DNA of 64,000 nucleotides from Calditrichaceae bacterium. Its GTDB lineage: Bacteria > Calditrichota > Calditrichia > Calditrichales > JBFXGD01. This document shows, piece after piece, positions 1-10,661 of this stretch (positions are counted from its first letter, which is position 1; the number at the start of each line of letters is the position of its first letter). Position numbers and translations under genes: made by a program. The DNA is taken from contig JBFXLE010000011.1 in the NCBI GenBank assembly GCA_050173015.1, positions 33,232 to 97,231 on the forward strand, given 5' to 3'. The notes beneath the pieces are model-generated. The model ran no database searches, was not told the DNA's origin, and saw nothing but the letters and a program-made list of their open reading frames with translations.

Positions 1-764
1 ATCGATCGTACATTGATACTATTTTGAAATTCCGTGGCACCGGGAGACAGGTGCTTGATTCGGGCGATACCGTTCTGAGTAAAGACTCGGTTGACGCGGC
101 ATTGACGGCGGCGGGATCTGCGGTTATGGCGGTGGATTTGATATTCGACAGTAAAAAATATGAAAAAGTGTTTTGCGCGGTCCGACCGCCGGGACACCAT
201 GCGGAGCGCGATCAGGCGAAGGGATTTTGCATATTTAATAATGTCGCCATTGCCGCGAAGTATGCGCAAAAATTAGAGTTTGTCAAAAATATATTGATCA
301 TTGACTGGGATGTTCATCATGGGAATGGTACTCAGAATTCATTCTATGAGGATAATACCGTTTTTTATTTTAGCATGCATCAGCACCCGCATTTCCCCGG
401 AACAGGTCATGCTTTTGAAATCGGAGAGAGAGAGGGAAAAGGATTTAATTTAAATATTCCTCTGCCCGGAGGACAAAATGATGATGAATATCTGAAAATT
501 TTCGAAAATGGACTCAAGGAGGTCGAAAACAGATTCCGGCCTGAATTGATTTTAATTTCTGCCGGATTTGATGGGCACTATTCTGATCCACTGGCAGGAA
601 TGAAGTTAACTGCTGAAGGATTCTATAAATTAACCGAGCTGACGGCGCGTTTTGCGCGGAAATATTGTAATAGCCGTATAATTTCATTTCTGGAAGGCGG
701 TTATAATTCCGAAGGTCTTGGGCAAAGTGTGTTTCGTCATCTTCAATGTTTATTGAAACATTGA
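1..764 (+). CDS. Histone-deacetylase-family amidohydrolase (AcuC / acetylpolyamine amidohydrolase-like), 5' end cut by window edge
   Basis: Frame is open from nt 3 to the TGA at 762-764. Motifs RPPGHHA, DWDVHHGNGTQ and FPGTG are typical of Zn-dependent HDAC-fold deacetylases. Confidence 0.85.
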   Translation, partial: RSYIDTILKFRGTGRQVLDSGDTVLSKDSVDAALTAAGSAVMAVDLIFDSKKYEKVFCAVRPPGHHAERDQAKGFCIFNNVAIAAKYAQKLEFVKNILIIDWDVHHGNGTQNSFYEDNTVFYFSMHQHPHFPGTGHAFEIGEREGKGFNLNIPLPGGQNDDEYLKIFENGLKEVENRFRPELILISAGFDGHYSDPLAGMKLTAEGFYKLTELTARFARKYCNSRIISFLEGGYNSEGLGQSVFRHLQCLLKH

Positions 765-813
765 TCATAATTGATTAATTTTAAATATCCGGAAACATTG
801 GCGGAGTGAGGCA

Positions 814-1587
814 ATGAACAAAGGCAAATTTGAAAAAATGTATTCGGTTTCAAAATCTTTTGTTTGTATTCTGATGGTATTGTTCGCCGCTTTGCTGATA
901 TGTTCATGTAAGCAGGATAATGTTATGGAAAAGTCCGCGGATGAATTTACCGAATTGCGGGAAACCATGATACGCCGACAGATTGCCGCGAGGGGGATAA
1001 AAGATTCGCTTGTACTAAGAGCGATGTCCACTGTTCCGCGTCATCTGTTTGTGCCGGCTGACAAAATGGCCCAGGCTTATAAAGATGAGCCCCTCCCGAT
1101 CGGTGAGGATCAGACAATAAGCCAGCCCTATGTTGTGGCTTTCATGACAGAACAATTAAGGGTAAAGCCGGGAGACCGGGTGCTGGAAATTGGAACGGGC
1201 TCAGGATATCAGGCCGCAATTCTTGGTCAGATTGTCGACTCTGTGTTTACAATCGAAATTATTGACGTCCTGACAAAAAAGGCCGGGATTGTTCTAAAAG
1301 ATCTGAAATACAATAATGTGGTTGTGAAAACAGGGGATGGTTATCTTGGCTGGCCTGAAAAGGCTCCTTTTGATGCGATCATCGTGACCGCGGCGCCGCC
1401 GACAATTCCTCCTCTGCTGATCGAACAATTAAAAGTCGGCGGAAAAATGGTGCTCCCGGTGGGTGAGTACGTGCAGGAACTGGTAGTGGTAAGCAAGAAC
1501 GACAGCGGGTTATCCATGGAGAATGTTTTGCCGGTTCGTTTTGTCCCCATGACCGGAAAAATTCAGGAATTGAAGGGCAAAAAATAA
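814..1587 (+). CDS. pcm: Protein-L-isoaspartate O-methyltransferase with N-terminal signal/lipoprotein-like leader
   Basis: GGAGTGAGG lies upstream of the ATG. Motifs ISQPYVVA, LEIGTGSGYQAA and DAIIVTAA are present; the hydrophobic leader ends in LLICSC. Confidence 0.9.
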   Translation: MNKGKFEKMYSVSKSFVCILMVLFAALLICSCKQDNVMEKSADEFTELRETMIRRQIAARGIKDSLVLRAMSTVPRHLFVPADKMAQAYKDEPLPIGEDQTISQPYVVAFMTEQLRVKPGDRVLEIGTGSGYQAAILGQIVDSVFTIEIIDVLTKKAGIVLKDLKYNNVVVKTGDGYLGWPEKAPFDAIIVTAAPPTIPPLLIEQLKVGGKMVLPVGEYVQELVVVSKNDSGLSMENVLPVRFVPMTGKIQELKGKK

Positions 1588-1679
1588 TTTGGACCCGAAA
1601 TTACATAAATAACAGCGGGAGTTCGTAGTTTGCAATCTCTGCCGGTTGTAAATACATATACTTACAGGACGGAAAAGAG

Positions 1680-2810
1680 TTGAGTATTAAAGAATTAATC
1701 ATTCAGTCTGAAAAAATAATTTCCGGCAGAATGCGGCTTGACTGGTTCAGTCGATTTTACGGCGTACCGGTTTATAAACAATATCGTGATAAAATATCCG
1801 AAGAAGAAGTGCGCCTGATCCAGGATGAATTGCTCAATGACGGCATCTTCTCGGAAGCGGAAATGTCCGCAAAAAAATATTATCTCCGATTGTTGCAGGG
1901 CCGCAGGATAGAGCGGAAAAATAAATATTTTTTACATATCTTCCTTTTTTTGCTGACAATCATTACTACTTCCATGACGGGCGCTCTGCTGCGCGGGAAG
2001 GATCCGTTTGTATCCTGGGAAAATTTCTCTTACGGTTTTGCTTATTCATTCGCGCTGTTGGCAATATTATTTGCTCATGAGATGGGGCACTACCTGTATT
2101 CACGCTATTATAAGGTCGATGTGACGCTCCCGTATTTTATTCCGTTTTTTATTCCCGGTTTTCACCCGGGGACACTTGGCGCGTTTATAAAAATGCGTTC
2201 ACCCATACCGGATAAAAAAGCGCTTTTTGATATTGGAATCGCAGGACCGCTGGCCGGATTTATATTAAGTGTAATCTTCCTGATAGCGGGCTTTTCGATG
2301 CTTCCGGATGAAGCCGGGATATATAATTATATCGCTCAGATCCATCCGCTCGATTCGCCGGACGGGGTCGCTCTGACGCTTGGGAATACGCTTTTGTATG
2401 ATTTTATCGGATCATTTTTTGGAGGTCAGCGTCTTCCCATGAGTGAAATGTATCATTTCCCTTTTATATTCGCCGGTTGGTTTGGGCTTTTGGTTACGGC
2501 GATTAATCTGATGCCGATCGGACAGTTAGACGGCGGTCATATCACATTTGCGATGTTTGGGCATCGGGCGCGGTTTGTAGCCATGGGGGCTTTTGTCTTG
2601 CTGATTCTGCTAAACGTATATTTGATATCAAATTATAATTCATATATCTGGGTGCTTTGGTCCGTTCTGATTCTTGTTTTTGTCCGATTCAAACATCCGC
2701 CGACGCTCAATGACAGGGCCGGGTTGGGAAGTGCCCGGATTGTTCTCGGGTGGATATCTTATGTTATATTTATCGCGTGCTTTTCGCCAATGCCGATCTA
2801 TTTGTCTTGA
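1680..2810 (+). CDS. Peptidase M50 (site-2 protease family) integral membrane metalloprotease
   Basis: HEMGHY zinc motif, a later NLMPIGQLDGGH motif, and many hydrophobic segments. TTG start. Confidence 0.75.
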   Translation: MSIKELIIQSEKIISGRMRLDWFSRFYGVPVYKQYRDKISEEEVRLIQDELLNDGIFSEAEMSAKKYYLRLLQGRRIERKNKYFLHIFLFLLTIITTSMTGALLRGKDPFVSWENFSYGFAYSFALLAILFAHEMGHYLYSRYYKVDVTLPYFIPFFIPGFHPGTLGAFIKMRSPIPDKKALFDIGIAGPLAGFILSVIFLIAGFSMLPDEAGIYNYIAQIHPLDSPDGVALTLGNTLLYDFIGSFFGGQRLPMSEMYHFPFIFAGWFGLLVTAINLMPIGQLDGGHITFAMFGHRARFVAMGAFVLLILLNVYLISNYNSYIWVLWSVLILVFVRFKHPPTLNDRAGLGSARIVLGWISYVIFIACFSPMPIYLS

Positions 2811-2956
2811 TCGAAGACTTGTGAAAAAGATAAACGAAGAGATGGTGGAAATAGTTTTATGTTTATCAAACAAGCCGGCTATCCGCCGGGCTTAACCCAG
2901 AATTTTATAACAGAATTACAGTTTTATATGAAAAGTTCCGGTATTGAAAGGAAAAG

Positions 2957-3547
2957 ATGTTTTTTACGATTTTAATGATATTGATCAGCATTTTTGTTGT
3001 TTGGGGAGTGTTGGTTTGGCTGCGCAAAACATCCTGGGACGCGGTTCACCGAAATTTGCTGGATCTTGAGGATAATTATGAAGGCCGCGTAATTCGCAGA
3101 GGATTTGCTTCCAGACCTATTTTCCACGGGAAATATAATAACTTCGGTTTAACGGTTAATTTTAGTACGGCAAAATCTACCGACGGCCGACTGACGTATA
3201 TTGATATCAGTTATGAAAAAAGCGGTTCGCTTTCCTTGTCGATTTCGGACAGAAAATGGCTGGAATCACAAGAGGCGGGGGAATTACAGGATTATAAATC
3301 AATTATAACCGATTCCGGCGCCGAGCTGATCGTCCGGCCTGTTTCGGTGGAAGCTGTACAACGCTTGCTGAATAAAAAATCATTTCTGGATTTATTGAAC
3401 AATTTTGACAATCTGGCATATATTTTTATCGGAAAAAGCGGCGTAATATCTGAATTTATTACGCGGGAAGTGATCAAAGAGACGGAATTTTTAAAAATGA
3501 ATGAAAGAATAATTTTAATCGATAAACTTATTAAGGCGGTCGGGTAA
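2957..3547 (+). CDS. Hypothetical membrane-anchored protein
   Basis: 196-aa ORF with one N-terminal TM helix (FFTILMILISIFVVWGVLVWL). Its stop overlaps the era start. No recognisable family motif. Confidence 0.5.
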   Translation: MFFTILMILISIFVVWGVLVWLRKTSWDAVHRNLLDLEDNYEGRVIRRGFASRPIFHGKYNNFGLTVNFSTAKSTDGRLTYIDISYEKSGSLSLSISDRKWLESQEAGELQDYKSIITDSGAELIVRPVSVEAVQRLLNKKSFLDLLNNFDNLAYIFIGKSGVISEFITREVIKETEFLKMNERIILIDKLIKAVG

Positions 3548-4440
3548 TGGAAACAATTTCGTCGGAATTCAAAGCCGGTTACGTGACAATAATCGGTTTG
3601 CCGAATGCGGGAAAATCAACATTGATGAATTCCCTGCTTGATATCAAATTGTCAATTATATCATCAAAGCCGCAAACTACCCGAAGGAGAGTTCTGGGGA
3701 TCCTAAACAAAAAAGAACTTCAGGCGATTTTTATTGATACACCGGGGATTCTGGAACCAAAATACAATTTACAAAAACGCATGATGCAAAATGTGGGCAG
3801 CGCCCTTGATGACGCGGACATGATACTGATGATTGTTGACGCGAAACAAAAAACGCATCCTGTGAGACTTGATATTAACGCCTTGAACCCAAAACAAAAA
3901 CCGGTAGTTTTGGTTCTGAATAAAGTGGACATTATACCTAAAGCCGATTTGCTTCCAATTATTGAAAAATACAGCACACATTATCCTTTCAAATCGATTA
4001 TTCCCATATCCGCCCTAAAGAAAGACGGATTGGCGGAACTTGAGAAGGAAATGGCTGCTCTGCTGCCGCTCAGTCCGCCATATTACCCGCCGGATACATT
4101 AACGGATCGTCCGGAGCGTTTTTTTGTGGCTGAAATTATCAGAGAGAAAATATTTGAAAAATTCTGGCAGGAAATCCCATATTCGACTGAAGTGGAAATT
4201 GAGACTTTTACTGAAAGAGAAAACAGTAAGGATTATATTTCAGCAGTGATTTATGTGGAAAGAAAATCTCAGAAGGGTATTCTGATCGGCAGTAAAGGAG
4301 AGGCGCTCAAGTCTATCGGTTCTGAAGCTCGTAAGGAAATCGAAACTTTTTTAGATCGGGGAATTTTTCTTGATTTAAGAGTTAAAGTGAATGAAGACTG
4401 GCGAAAAGATGACAAGAAATTAAATCGGCTCGGATACTGA
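3547..4440 (+). CDS. era: GTPase Era
   Basis: G1 GLPNAGKST, G3 DTPG, G4 NKVD. The C-terminal KH-domain pattern is SQKGILIGSKGEALKSIG. Confidence 0.95.
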   Translation: METISSEFKAGYVTIIGLPNAGKSTLMNSLLDIKLSIISSKPQTTRRRVLGILNKKELQAIFIDTPGILEPKYNLQKRMMQNVGSALDDADMILMIVDAKQKTHPVRLDINALNPKQKPVVLVLNKVDIIPKADLLPIIEKYSTHYPFKSIIPISALKKDGLAELEKEMAALLPLSPPYYPPDTLTDRPERFFVAEIIREKIFEKFWQEIPYSTEVEIETFTERENSKDYISAVIYVERKSQKGILIGSKGEALKSIGSEARKEIETFLDRGIFLDLRVKVNEDWRKDDKKLNRLGY

Positions 4441-4454
4441 TCAATTAAAATTTA

Positions 4455-5204
4455 ATGTTTAACTCATCCGGCAGCAAACGAGAAAGTATAAAGACGACTA
4501 TGCGCAAGAAACTCTTACTCTTTGATATAGACGGCACACTGCTTTTAGGACGCGGTATTCCTAAAAAAGTATTTTTGGAGGTGGTGCGTCATCGTTTTCC
4601 TGATTATCAAAATGGAGAAACACTGAGGTTTTCCGGGATGACAGATCCAAAAATTGTGCATGATCTGCTGATGGCGAATGGATTTAAAGAAAAGGTTACG
4701 CCTGAACTGGAAACAGAGATACTGGATGAGTTTGTCAGGGTTCTGGAAGAAAGAATTACACCCGAAAATCCCCCGCTTGTCCTCCCGGGTGTCGTGGAGC
4801 TGCTTGATCGCTGTACCAGGGAGGAGAACATTTTTCTTGGTTTGGTTACCGGCAACATTATGCAGGGGGCAAGAATTAAGTTAACGGCGGCAGGTTTATA
4901 TCATTATTTTGCGGTCGGCGCGTTTGGGAGCGACCACATTGACAGAGCGTTTTTGCCGCCACTTGCCATATCCCGGTCAGAAAAATATTTTGGACAGACT
5001 TTTGCCCCTGAGGATGTCTGGATAATTGGAGACAGCATCCATGATGTAACATGCGCGAAAGCAAATAAATTGAAATGTCTGGCGGTATACACGGGATTTA
5101 CGTCAAAGGATGAATTACTCGATGAGAATCCGGAATACTTACTTGAAAATTTTCTGGATACGAATAATGTAATGTCTATTTTTGAAGATAAACTAAAAAA
5201 ATGA
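4455..5204 (+). CDS. HAD-superfamily hydrolase (phosphoglycolate-phosphatase-like)
   Basis: Motif I is LLLFDIDGTLL; later motifs are LVTGN and IIGDSIHD. The start is uncertain (alternative ATG at 4500). Confidence 0.8.
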   Translation: MFNSSGSKRESIKTTMRKKLLLFDIDGTLLLGRGIPKKVFLEVVRHRFPDYQNGETLRFSGMTDPKIVHDLLMANGFKEKVTPELETEILDEFVRVLEERITPENPPLVLPGVVELLDRCTREENIFLGLVTGNIMQGARIKLTAAGLYHYFAVGAFGSDHIDRAFLPPLAISRSEKYFGQTFAPEDVWIIGDSIHDVTCAKANKLKCLAVYTGFTSKDELLDENPEYLLENFLDTNNVMSIFEDKLKK

Positions 5205-5281
5205 TTTGCTATTAAATGAATGCCAAATATATCAAATAACAAGTAAGCTTACGATAAAACCGGATTCACAGGAGCGGGGCA

Positions 5282-5725
5282 ATGAACGGACATTCTTATC
5301 TCTTTACGGAAGGAAAATGGAAAGCGACCGGCATATATACCGATGGCGATGGAATATCCTATAATGCAACGGGAGAAGTAATTGTTAAACACAGTACCGG
5401 GTTGTGGATGAGCGACGGAATTATGAATGTGAAGGGATTGAACGACGCCGAATTTCAAAATAATTACAAAATAATTCCGTTTACAGAAGGCAAGGATTTC
5501 ACTACATGGAAATCGATCAATCCGGTTTTCGGATTACTGACCGGTCGTTTTGTGGTGATCGCGGATTCAATTCTTTCTGTTTACGGCTCAGAAAACGGAA
5601 TAATCAGTGGTTCGGAAAGCCTGCTTCAAATTAATAATCGTCTGTACAGAAATTGGGGCTTTGTGTTCAAAGGTACCGATAAATTATCATCCTGGGCAAT
5701 GGATTTAGAAAAACAAGATCTGTGA
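5282..5725 (+). CDS. Hypothetical protein
   Basis: 147-aa ORF with coding-like composition and no recognisable motif. Confidence 0.45.
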   Translation: MNGHSYLFTEGKWKATGIYTDGDGISYNATGEVIVKHSTGLWMSDGIMNVKGLNDAEFQNNYKIIPFTEGKDFTTWKSINPVFGLLTGRFVVIADSILSVYGSENGIISGSESLLQINNRLYRNWGFVFKGTDKLSSWAMDLEKQDL

Positions 5726-5951
5726 GATAAAGACTTAATATAGAAAGGCAAAACAATTTAATTAAACTGGGATTTATTCCGAAGCCCAAACTTGTTAGCT
5801 CAAGTTAGTTTTGATCACAAAAACACAAAAGGCATTTTGATTACGCTTCAAAATTATTTATATTTTTATCTTTTGTGTAAAAAAATAGTTGAATTTAGGT
5901 GATCATAATTGAAATAAAAATATATACATTTGACAAAACAGAGGAGAATTC

Positions 5952-7238
5952 ATGCTCAAAAATCATCCTAAAGGGTTGATGACCCTGTTTTTTACAGAGA
6001 TGTGGGAACGGTTCGGATTTTATACCATGCTTGCTGTTTTTGTGCTTTACATGGATGAGTCCTTCGGCTGGACGGATTCGCAGAAGGGTGATGTTTACGG
6101 GATATTCCTGGCCTTTGTGTATTTTACTCCGATTGCAGGTGGATGGATTGCAGACCGTCTTTTGGGTTACAGAAAAACCATCATGTTGGGCGCTGTGATT
6201 CTGGGTATCGGATACGCCATGCTTGCCTATTCCGGTCTGGAAAAACTGTGGCTTTTTTATAGCGCGCTCACGGTCATGGTTATAGGTAACGGATTATTCA
6301 AAGCGAATATATCGGTTTTGGTTGGCAATTTATATGAACCCGGCAGTCAATTTAAAGATGTCGGTTACAATATTTTCTATATGGGAATTAATCTCGGGGC
6401 TTTCATCGCTCCGCTTGCCGCCACTTGGTTGCATGATTATTTCGGTACTTATAACGCTGCTTTTGGGGCTGCGGCTGTCGGAATGGTTATGTCGTTGCTT
6501 GTATTCGAAGTATTTAAAAAGAATTATATCCATGCTGATAACAAAAATGTCGCGGGCGCTGCAAACCAGAAATTGCAGGAAGGCGAACAATTGAGCCCGG
6601 AAGTAGAAAAAGAGCGAATATTTGCACTGGTCACGGTATTTGCCATTGTTGTTTTCTTTTGGATGTCATTTCATCAGAACGGTTTCGCGTTAACTCTGTT
6701 TGCTCAACGTTCAACAGTAAAACTTGATTGGCTGAAACCTGAAACCTATGCTACATTTAACCCGTTATTTATACTTATTCTCACTCCGGTAGTGGTTGCA
6801 TTTTTTAATTGGTTGAAGAAAAAAGGAAAAGAACCCTCAACACCGGCAAAAATGGGATTTGGTATGATGATATCCGGAGCGGCCATGCTGGTAATGGTCA
6901 TTGCCTCTCTGATGGGTGGAAACGCGGATGCAAACGATATGTCACCAAACTGGCTGATCTCAACATATTTTGTGATCACTTTCGGTGAATTGTTTTTGAG
7001 TCCGATGGGTCTTTCATTTGTGTCAAAGGTAGCGCCGGCGCGTATGCGCGGGTTAATGATGGGTGGCTGGTTTGCCGCCACCGCCATCGGTAATTATCTA
7101 TCGGGTTTTATCGGCAAATTTTATAACACCTTAACCCATGATCAGTTCTACGGAATATTGGTTGTCCTGCTGCTTCTTTCAGCTTTAATGATCAGGATCA
7201 GACTGAATAAATTAAAACATGCTGTCAGGGGTACCTGA
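5952..7238 (+). CDS. POT/PTR2-family proton-dependent oligopeptide transporter (MFS)
   Basis: GAGGAG lies upstream of the ATG. It has the N-terminal FFTEMWERFGFYTM signature and GGWIADRLLGYRKTI. Polytopic membrane protein. Confidence 0.85.
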   Translation: MLKNHPKGLMTLFFTEMWERFGFYTMLAVFVLYMDESFGWTDSQKGDVYGIFLAFVYFTPIAGGWIADRLLGYRKTIMLGAVILGIGYAMLAYSGLEKLWLFYSALTVMVIGNGLFKANISVLVGNLYEPGSQFKDVGYNIFYMGINLGAFIAPLAATWLHDYFGTYNAAFGAAAVGMVMSLLVFEVFKKNYIHADNKNVAGAANQKLQEGEQLSPEVEKERIFALVTVFAIVVFFWMSFHQNGFALTLFAQRSTVKLDWLKPETYATFNPLFILILTPVVVAFFNWLKKKGKEPSTPAKMGFGMMISGAAMLVMVIASLMGGNADANDMSPNWLISTYFVITFGELFLSPMGLSFVSKVAPARMRGLMMGGWFAATAIGNYLSGFIGKFYNTLTHDQFYGILVVLLLLSALMIRIRLNKLKHAVRGT

Positions 7239-7257
7239 TCACATAGTTTTTTATAAA

Positions 7258-7292
7258 AGAGGTATTCGAATGTTCGGATACCTCTTTTTTTT
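7258..7292 (+). terminator. Rho-independent terminator of the POT transporter gene
   Basis: 12-bp stem agaggtattcga / tcggatacctct (one G:T wobble), loop atgt, followed by a run of eight T. Confidence 0.75.
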
Positions 7293-7414
7293 GTCTTTCT
7301 AATTACATTGAATTAAACAGATTATGGCATTATCTTATCAAAACGATGTAATACTCTTTTTCTTTTGAATGATGTTGGATAGTAGAAAAATGAATCGATA
7401 TAAGAGGTCTCCGA

Positions 7415-9250
7415 GTGGGGTATAAAAGCACAGCGGAATGTGTGAATGATCTGGAAAAACATGGTCATCTTATAAAAATAAAAGAAGAAACAGATCCATA
7501 TCTGGAGATGGCGGAAATTCAGAGAAGGGTTTATGAAGCGGACGGGCCCGCAATATATTTTGAGCGGGTAAAAGGGAGTCCTTTTCCTGCCGTGTCAAAT
7601 CTGTTTGGATCCTTAGCCAGAGCAAAATTTATCTTTAGGGATACTCTTGATGCTGTAGAGAAATTAGTCGCTCTTAAAGGTGATCCCTCCCTGGCGGTAA
7701 GAAATCCATCAAAATGGAGCGCCATTTCAAAAACTTTGTATCATTCATGGCCGAAAAGAGTCTTCGGGGGCCCGGTACTTTCCCAACAAACAACGATCGA
7801 TCAATTGCCGCAGATCCAATCCTGGCCCGGGGATGGGGGTGCGTTTATCACCCTTCCTCAGGTGTACACTGAGCATCCCGAATTTCCGGGTATTATGAAA
7901 TCTAACCTTGGAATGTATCGAATTCAGCTTGCCGGTAACCGTTATGAATTGAATCATGAAGTGGGGCTGCATTATCAGATCCACCGGGGAATTGGAACCC
8001 ACCATGCCGCCGCGTTACGTAGAGGTGAGCCTCTTAAAGTCAGTGTCTTTGTCGGAGGCCCGCCCGCTAATACTTTCGCGGCGGTGATGCCTTTACCCGA
8101 AGGACTGCCGGAGGTTGCTTTCTCGGGCGCTCTGAACGGCAGACGTTTCAGGTATTTACGCAGAAAAGGATATACAATCGCGGCAGAAGCCGATTTTTGC
8201 ATAACCGGTACGGTAACGCCGGGCGATCTGCTTCCCGAAGGGCCCTTTGGAGATCATCTTGGATATTACAGCATGAAACATGATTTCCCGGTGCTTAAGA
8301 TCGATAAAGTGTATCACAGAAGGGATGCGGTCTGGCCTTTTACGGTAGTCGGCAGGCCACCACAGGAGGATACGGTTTTTGGACAGCTTGTTCATGATAT
8401 CACCGGACCGGTAATTCCTGAAACCATTGCCGGGTTAAAGGCTGTCCACGCGGTTGACGCCGCCGGAGTCCATCCGCTATTGCTGGCCATCGGCAGCGAG
8501 CGTTATGTGCCCTATGAAAATGACCGTCAACCCCGCGAAATTCTGACAATCGCTAACGCCATCCTTGGATTTGGACAATTGTCACTGGCGAAATATTTGT
8601 TTATTACCGCGCGGGAAGATAATCCCGGGTTGAATATCCACGAGATTGATGAATATCTAATGCATGTCTTTGAGCGGGTGGATTGGAAACGTGATCTTCA
8701 TTTTCAGACAAATACCACCATTGATACTCTGGATTATTCCGGCACCGGATTAAATGAAGGGTCCAAGGTAATTATCGCGGCAGCAGGAAGAAAGCGCCGG
8801 ACTCTTTTACAGAAATTACCGCTAAATTTGAAGCTCCCCGATGACTTTAACGATCCAAAGTTAGTCATGCCGGGGGTTATAACCATAAAAGGTCCAAAAT
8901 TTGAAGAAACAAAATTCGGATATCAGGCTATGGAACAACTTAACGCATGGCTGGATACCCACAAGGGCGTGGGCGGAATCGCGATGATCGTGGTGGTCGA
9001 TGACAGTAAATTTGTTTCTCAGAACCTGAAAAATTTCTTATGGGTGACATTTACAAGATCAAATCCGTCCCATGATATTTACGGAGTCGACAGCTTTTCT
9101 TCTCATAAACATTGGGGATGCGGCGGGCCGTTGATTATTGATGCCAGAATCAAGCCGCATCACGCGCCTCCGCTTGTCGAGAATCCGGAAATCACTAAAA
9201 GAGTGGATGCTCTCGGCGCCAGGGGCGGTAGTTTGCACGGAATAATTTAG
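7415..9250 (+). CDS. UbiD-family (prenylated-FMN-dependent) decarboxylase, long menaquinone-biosynthesis-type form
   Basis: GTG start 7 nt after AAGAGG, 611 aa. The N-terminus YKSTAECVNDLEKHGHLIKIKEE and overall UbiD-like layout are recalled from the family. Confidence 0.8.
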   Translation: MGYKSTAECVNDLEKHGHLIKIKEETDPYLEMAEIQRRVYEADGPAIYFERVKGSPFPAVSNLFGSLARAKFIFRDTLDAVEKLVALKGDPSLAVRNPSKWSAISKTLYHSWPKRVFGGPVLSQQTTIDQLPQIQSWPGDGGAFITLPQVYTEHPEFPGIMKSNLGMYRIQLAGNRYELNHEVGLHYQIHRGIGTHHAAALRRGEPLKVSVFVGGPPANTFAAVMPLPEGLPEVAFSGALNGRRFRYLRRKGYTIAAEADFCITGTVTPGDLLPEGPFGDHLGYYSMKHDFPVLKIDKVYHRRDAVWPFTVVGRPPQEDTVFGQLVHDITGPVIPETIAGLKAVHAVDAAGVHPLLLAIGSERYVPYENDRQPREILTIANAILGFGQLSLAKYLFITAREDNPGLNIHEIDEYLMHVFERVDWKRDLHFQTNTTIDTLDYSGTGLNEGSKVIIAAAGRKRRTLLQKLPLNLKLPDDFNDPKLVMPGVITIKGPKFEETKFGYQAMEQLNAWLDTHKGVGGIAMIVVVDDSKFVSQNLKNFLWVTFTRSNPSHDIYGVDSFSSHKHWGCGGPLIIDARIKPHHAPPLVENPEITKRVDALGARGGSLHGII

Positions 9251-9295
9251 CGCCAATTTGAAAAATTAAATTCTCTATCCAAAAAGGAGCGGGAA

Positions 9296-10654
9296 ATGAG
9301 CAGAAAAATAGTAGTCATCGGCGGTGTTGCCGCGGGTATGTCCGCTGCAAGCAGAGCCAGAAGAAATGATCCTGATGCATCGATCATTGTCTTTCAGAAA
9401 GAAAACGCGGTTTCTTACGGATCCTGCGGTTTACCCTATTATATTGCTGACGATATCAAAGAAGCTGAAACTCTGATTGCCATTTCAGCAGATGAATTCA
9501 GGCAGAAACGAAATATTGAAGTCCGTTTAAATCACGAGGGAATATCCTTTAATCCCAGGGAGAAGACGGTCGAAATACGAGATCTCGGGACAGGGATGAT
9601 TCATGACTATCCTTATGATAAATTAATTATTGCCACCGGCGCGCGGGCGGCGTTACCTCCCATTCCCGGCAAAGAATTAAAAAATGTTTTTGTGGTCAGA
9701 AATCTGACCGACGGACAGAACATAAAATCACACATCGAGAATGATCGTCCGGCAACTGCGGTAGTTGTGGGCGGCGGCTATATCGGTCTGGAAATGGCCG
9801 AAGCTCTCTCAAGGCAGGGGCTTCGTGTTTCGGTTGTCGAGGCGCAGGAACGGGTTATGCTGAACATAGACCCTGAATTATCTGAAAAAATTGAATCAGA
9901 AATGGAAGAAAAAGGGTGCAAAGTATATACTTCAAACGGTGTTCAGGCCATTCTCGGCTCCGATCGTGTAAATAGTGTGCGTTTAATGAACGGGGATGAG
10001 ATTGCCGCTGACATGGTGATTTTATCGGTTGGAGTAAAGCCAAATGTTGAATTTGCAATTACCGGAGGCGTACGTACAGGAAAAACCGGCGCCATAGAGG
10101 TCAATCAGAAAATGGAAACAAATGTCCAGAGCGTATATGCCGCGGGTGATTGCGCGGAAGTAAAAAATCTGGTTACGAATAAAATGGATTATATCCCATT
10201 GGGGACAACAGCCAATAAACAGGGGCGGGTTGCGGGTGATAACGCCAGCGGCCGGTTTGCCAGATTTTCGGGTGTGGCAGGTACAGCGGTGGTGAAAATT
10301 TTTGATCTGGAGGTGGCGCGGACGGGAATCACAACCACACAAGCTCTAAATTTAAAGATGAATCCACGTTCCGTGATGATAACCGGTAAATCAAGGGCGG
10401 GATATTATCCCGGTAAAGAAGATATTACCCTGAAATTAATATTCCGTGGAGATAACGGCCGGTTACTCGGCGCTCACATGATGGGTAAAGAAGGGGTAGC
10501 AAAACGGATTGATGTTTTCGCGACAGCTTTACAGCAAAAAATGACAGTGATGGAAATCTCAGAACTGGATTTGAGCTATGCTCCGCCGTATGCTCCGGTA
10601 TGGGATCCGATACTGATCGCCGCAAATCAGGCAGCTAAGTCATTCGAAAAATAG
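9296..10654 (+). CDS. FAD-dependent pyridine nucleotide-disulfide oxidoreductase (CoA-disulfide reductase / NADH oxidase family)
   Basis: AAGGAG RBS. Motifs: VVIGGVAAGMSAA (FAD), the single redox Cys motif SYGSCGLPYY, VVVGGGYIGLE (NAD) and AAGDC. Confidence 0.8.
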   Translation: MSRKIVVIGGVAAGMSAASRARRNDPDASIIVFQKENAVSYGSCGLPYYIADDIKEAETLIAISADEFRQKRNIEVRLNHEGISFNPREKTVEIRDLGTGMIHDYPYDKLIIATGARAALPPIPGKELKNVFVVRNLTDGQNIKSHIENDRPATAVVVGGGYIGLEMAEALSRQGLRVSVVEAQERVMLNIDPELSEKIESEMEEKGCKVYTSNGVQAILGSDRVNSVRLMNGDEIAADMVILSVGVKPNVEFAITGGVRTGKTGAIEVNQKMETNVQSVYAAGDCAEVKNLVTNKMDYIPLGTTANKQGRVAGDNASGRFARFSGVAGTAVVKIFDLEVARTGITTTQALNLKMNPRSVMITGKSRAGYYPGKEDITLKLIFRGDNGRLLGAHMMGKEGVAKRIDVFATALQQKMTVMEISELDLSYAPPYAPVWDPILIAANQAAKSFEK

Positions 10655-10661
10655 ACCGGTC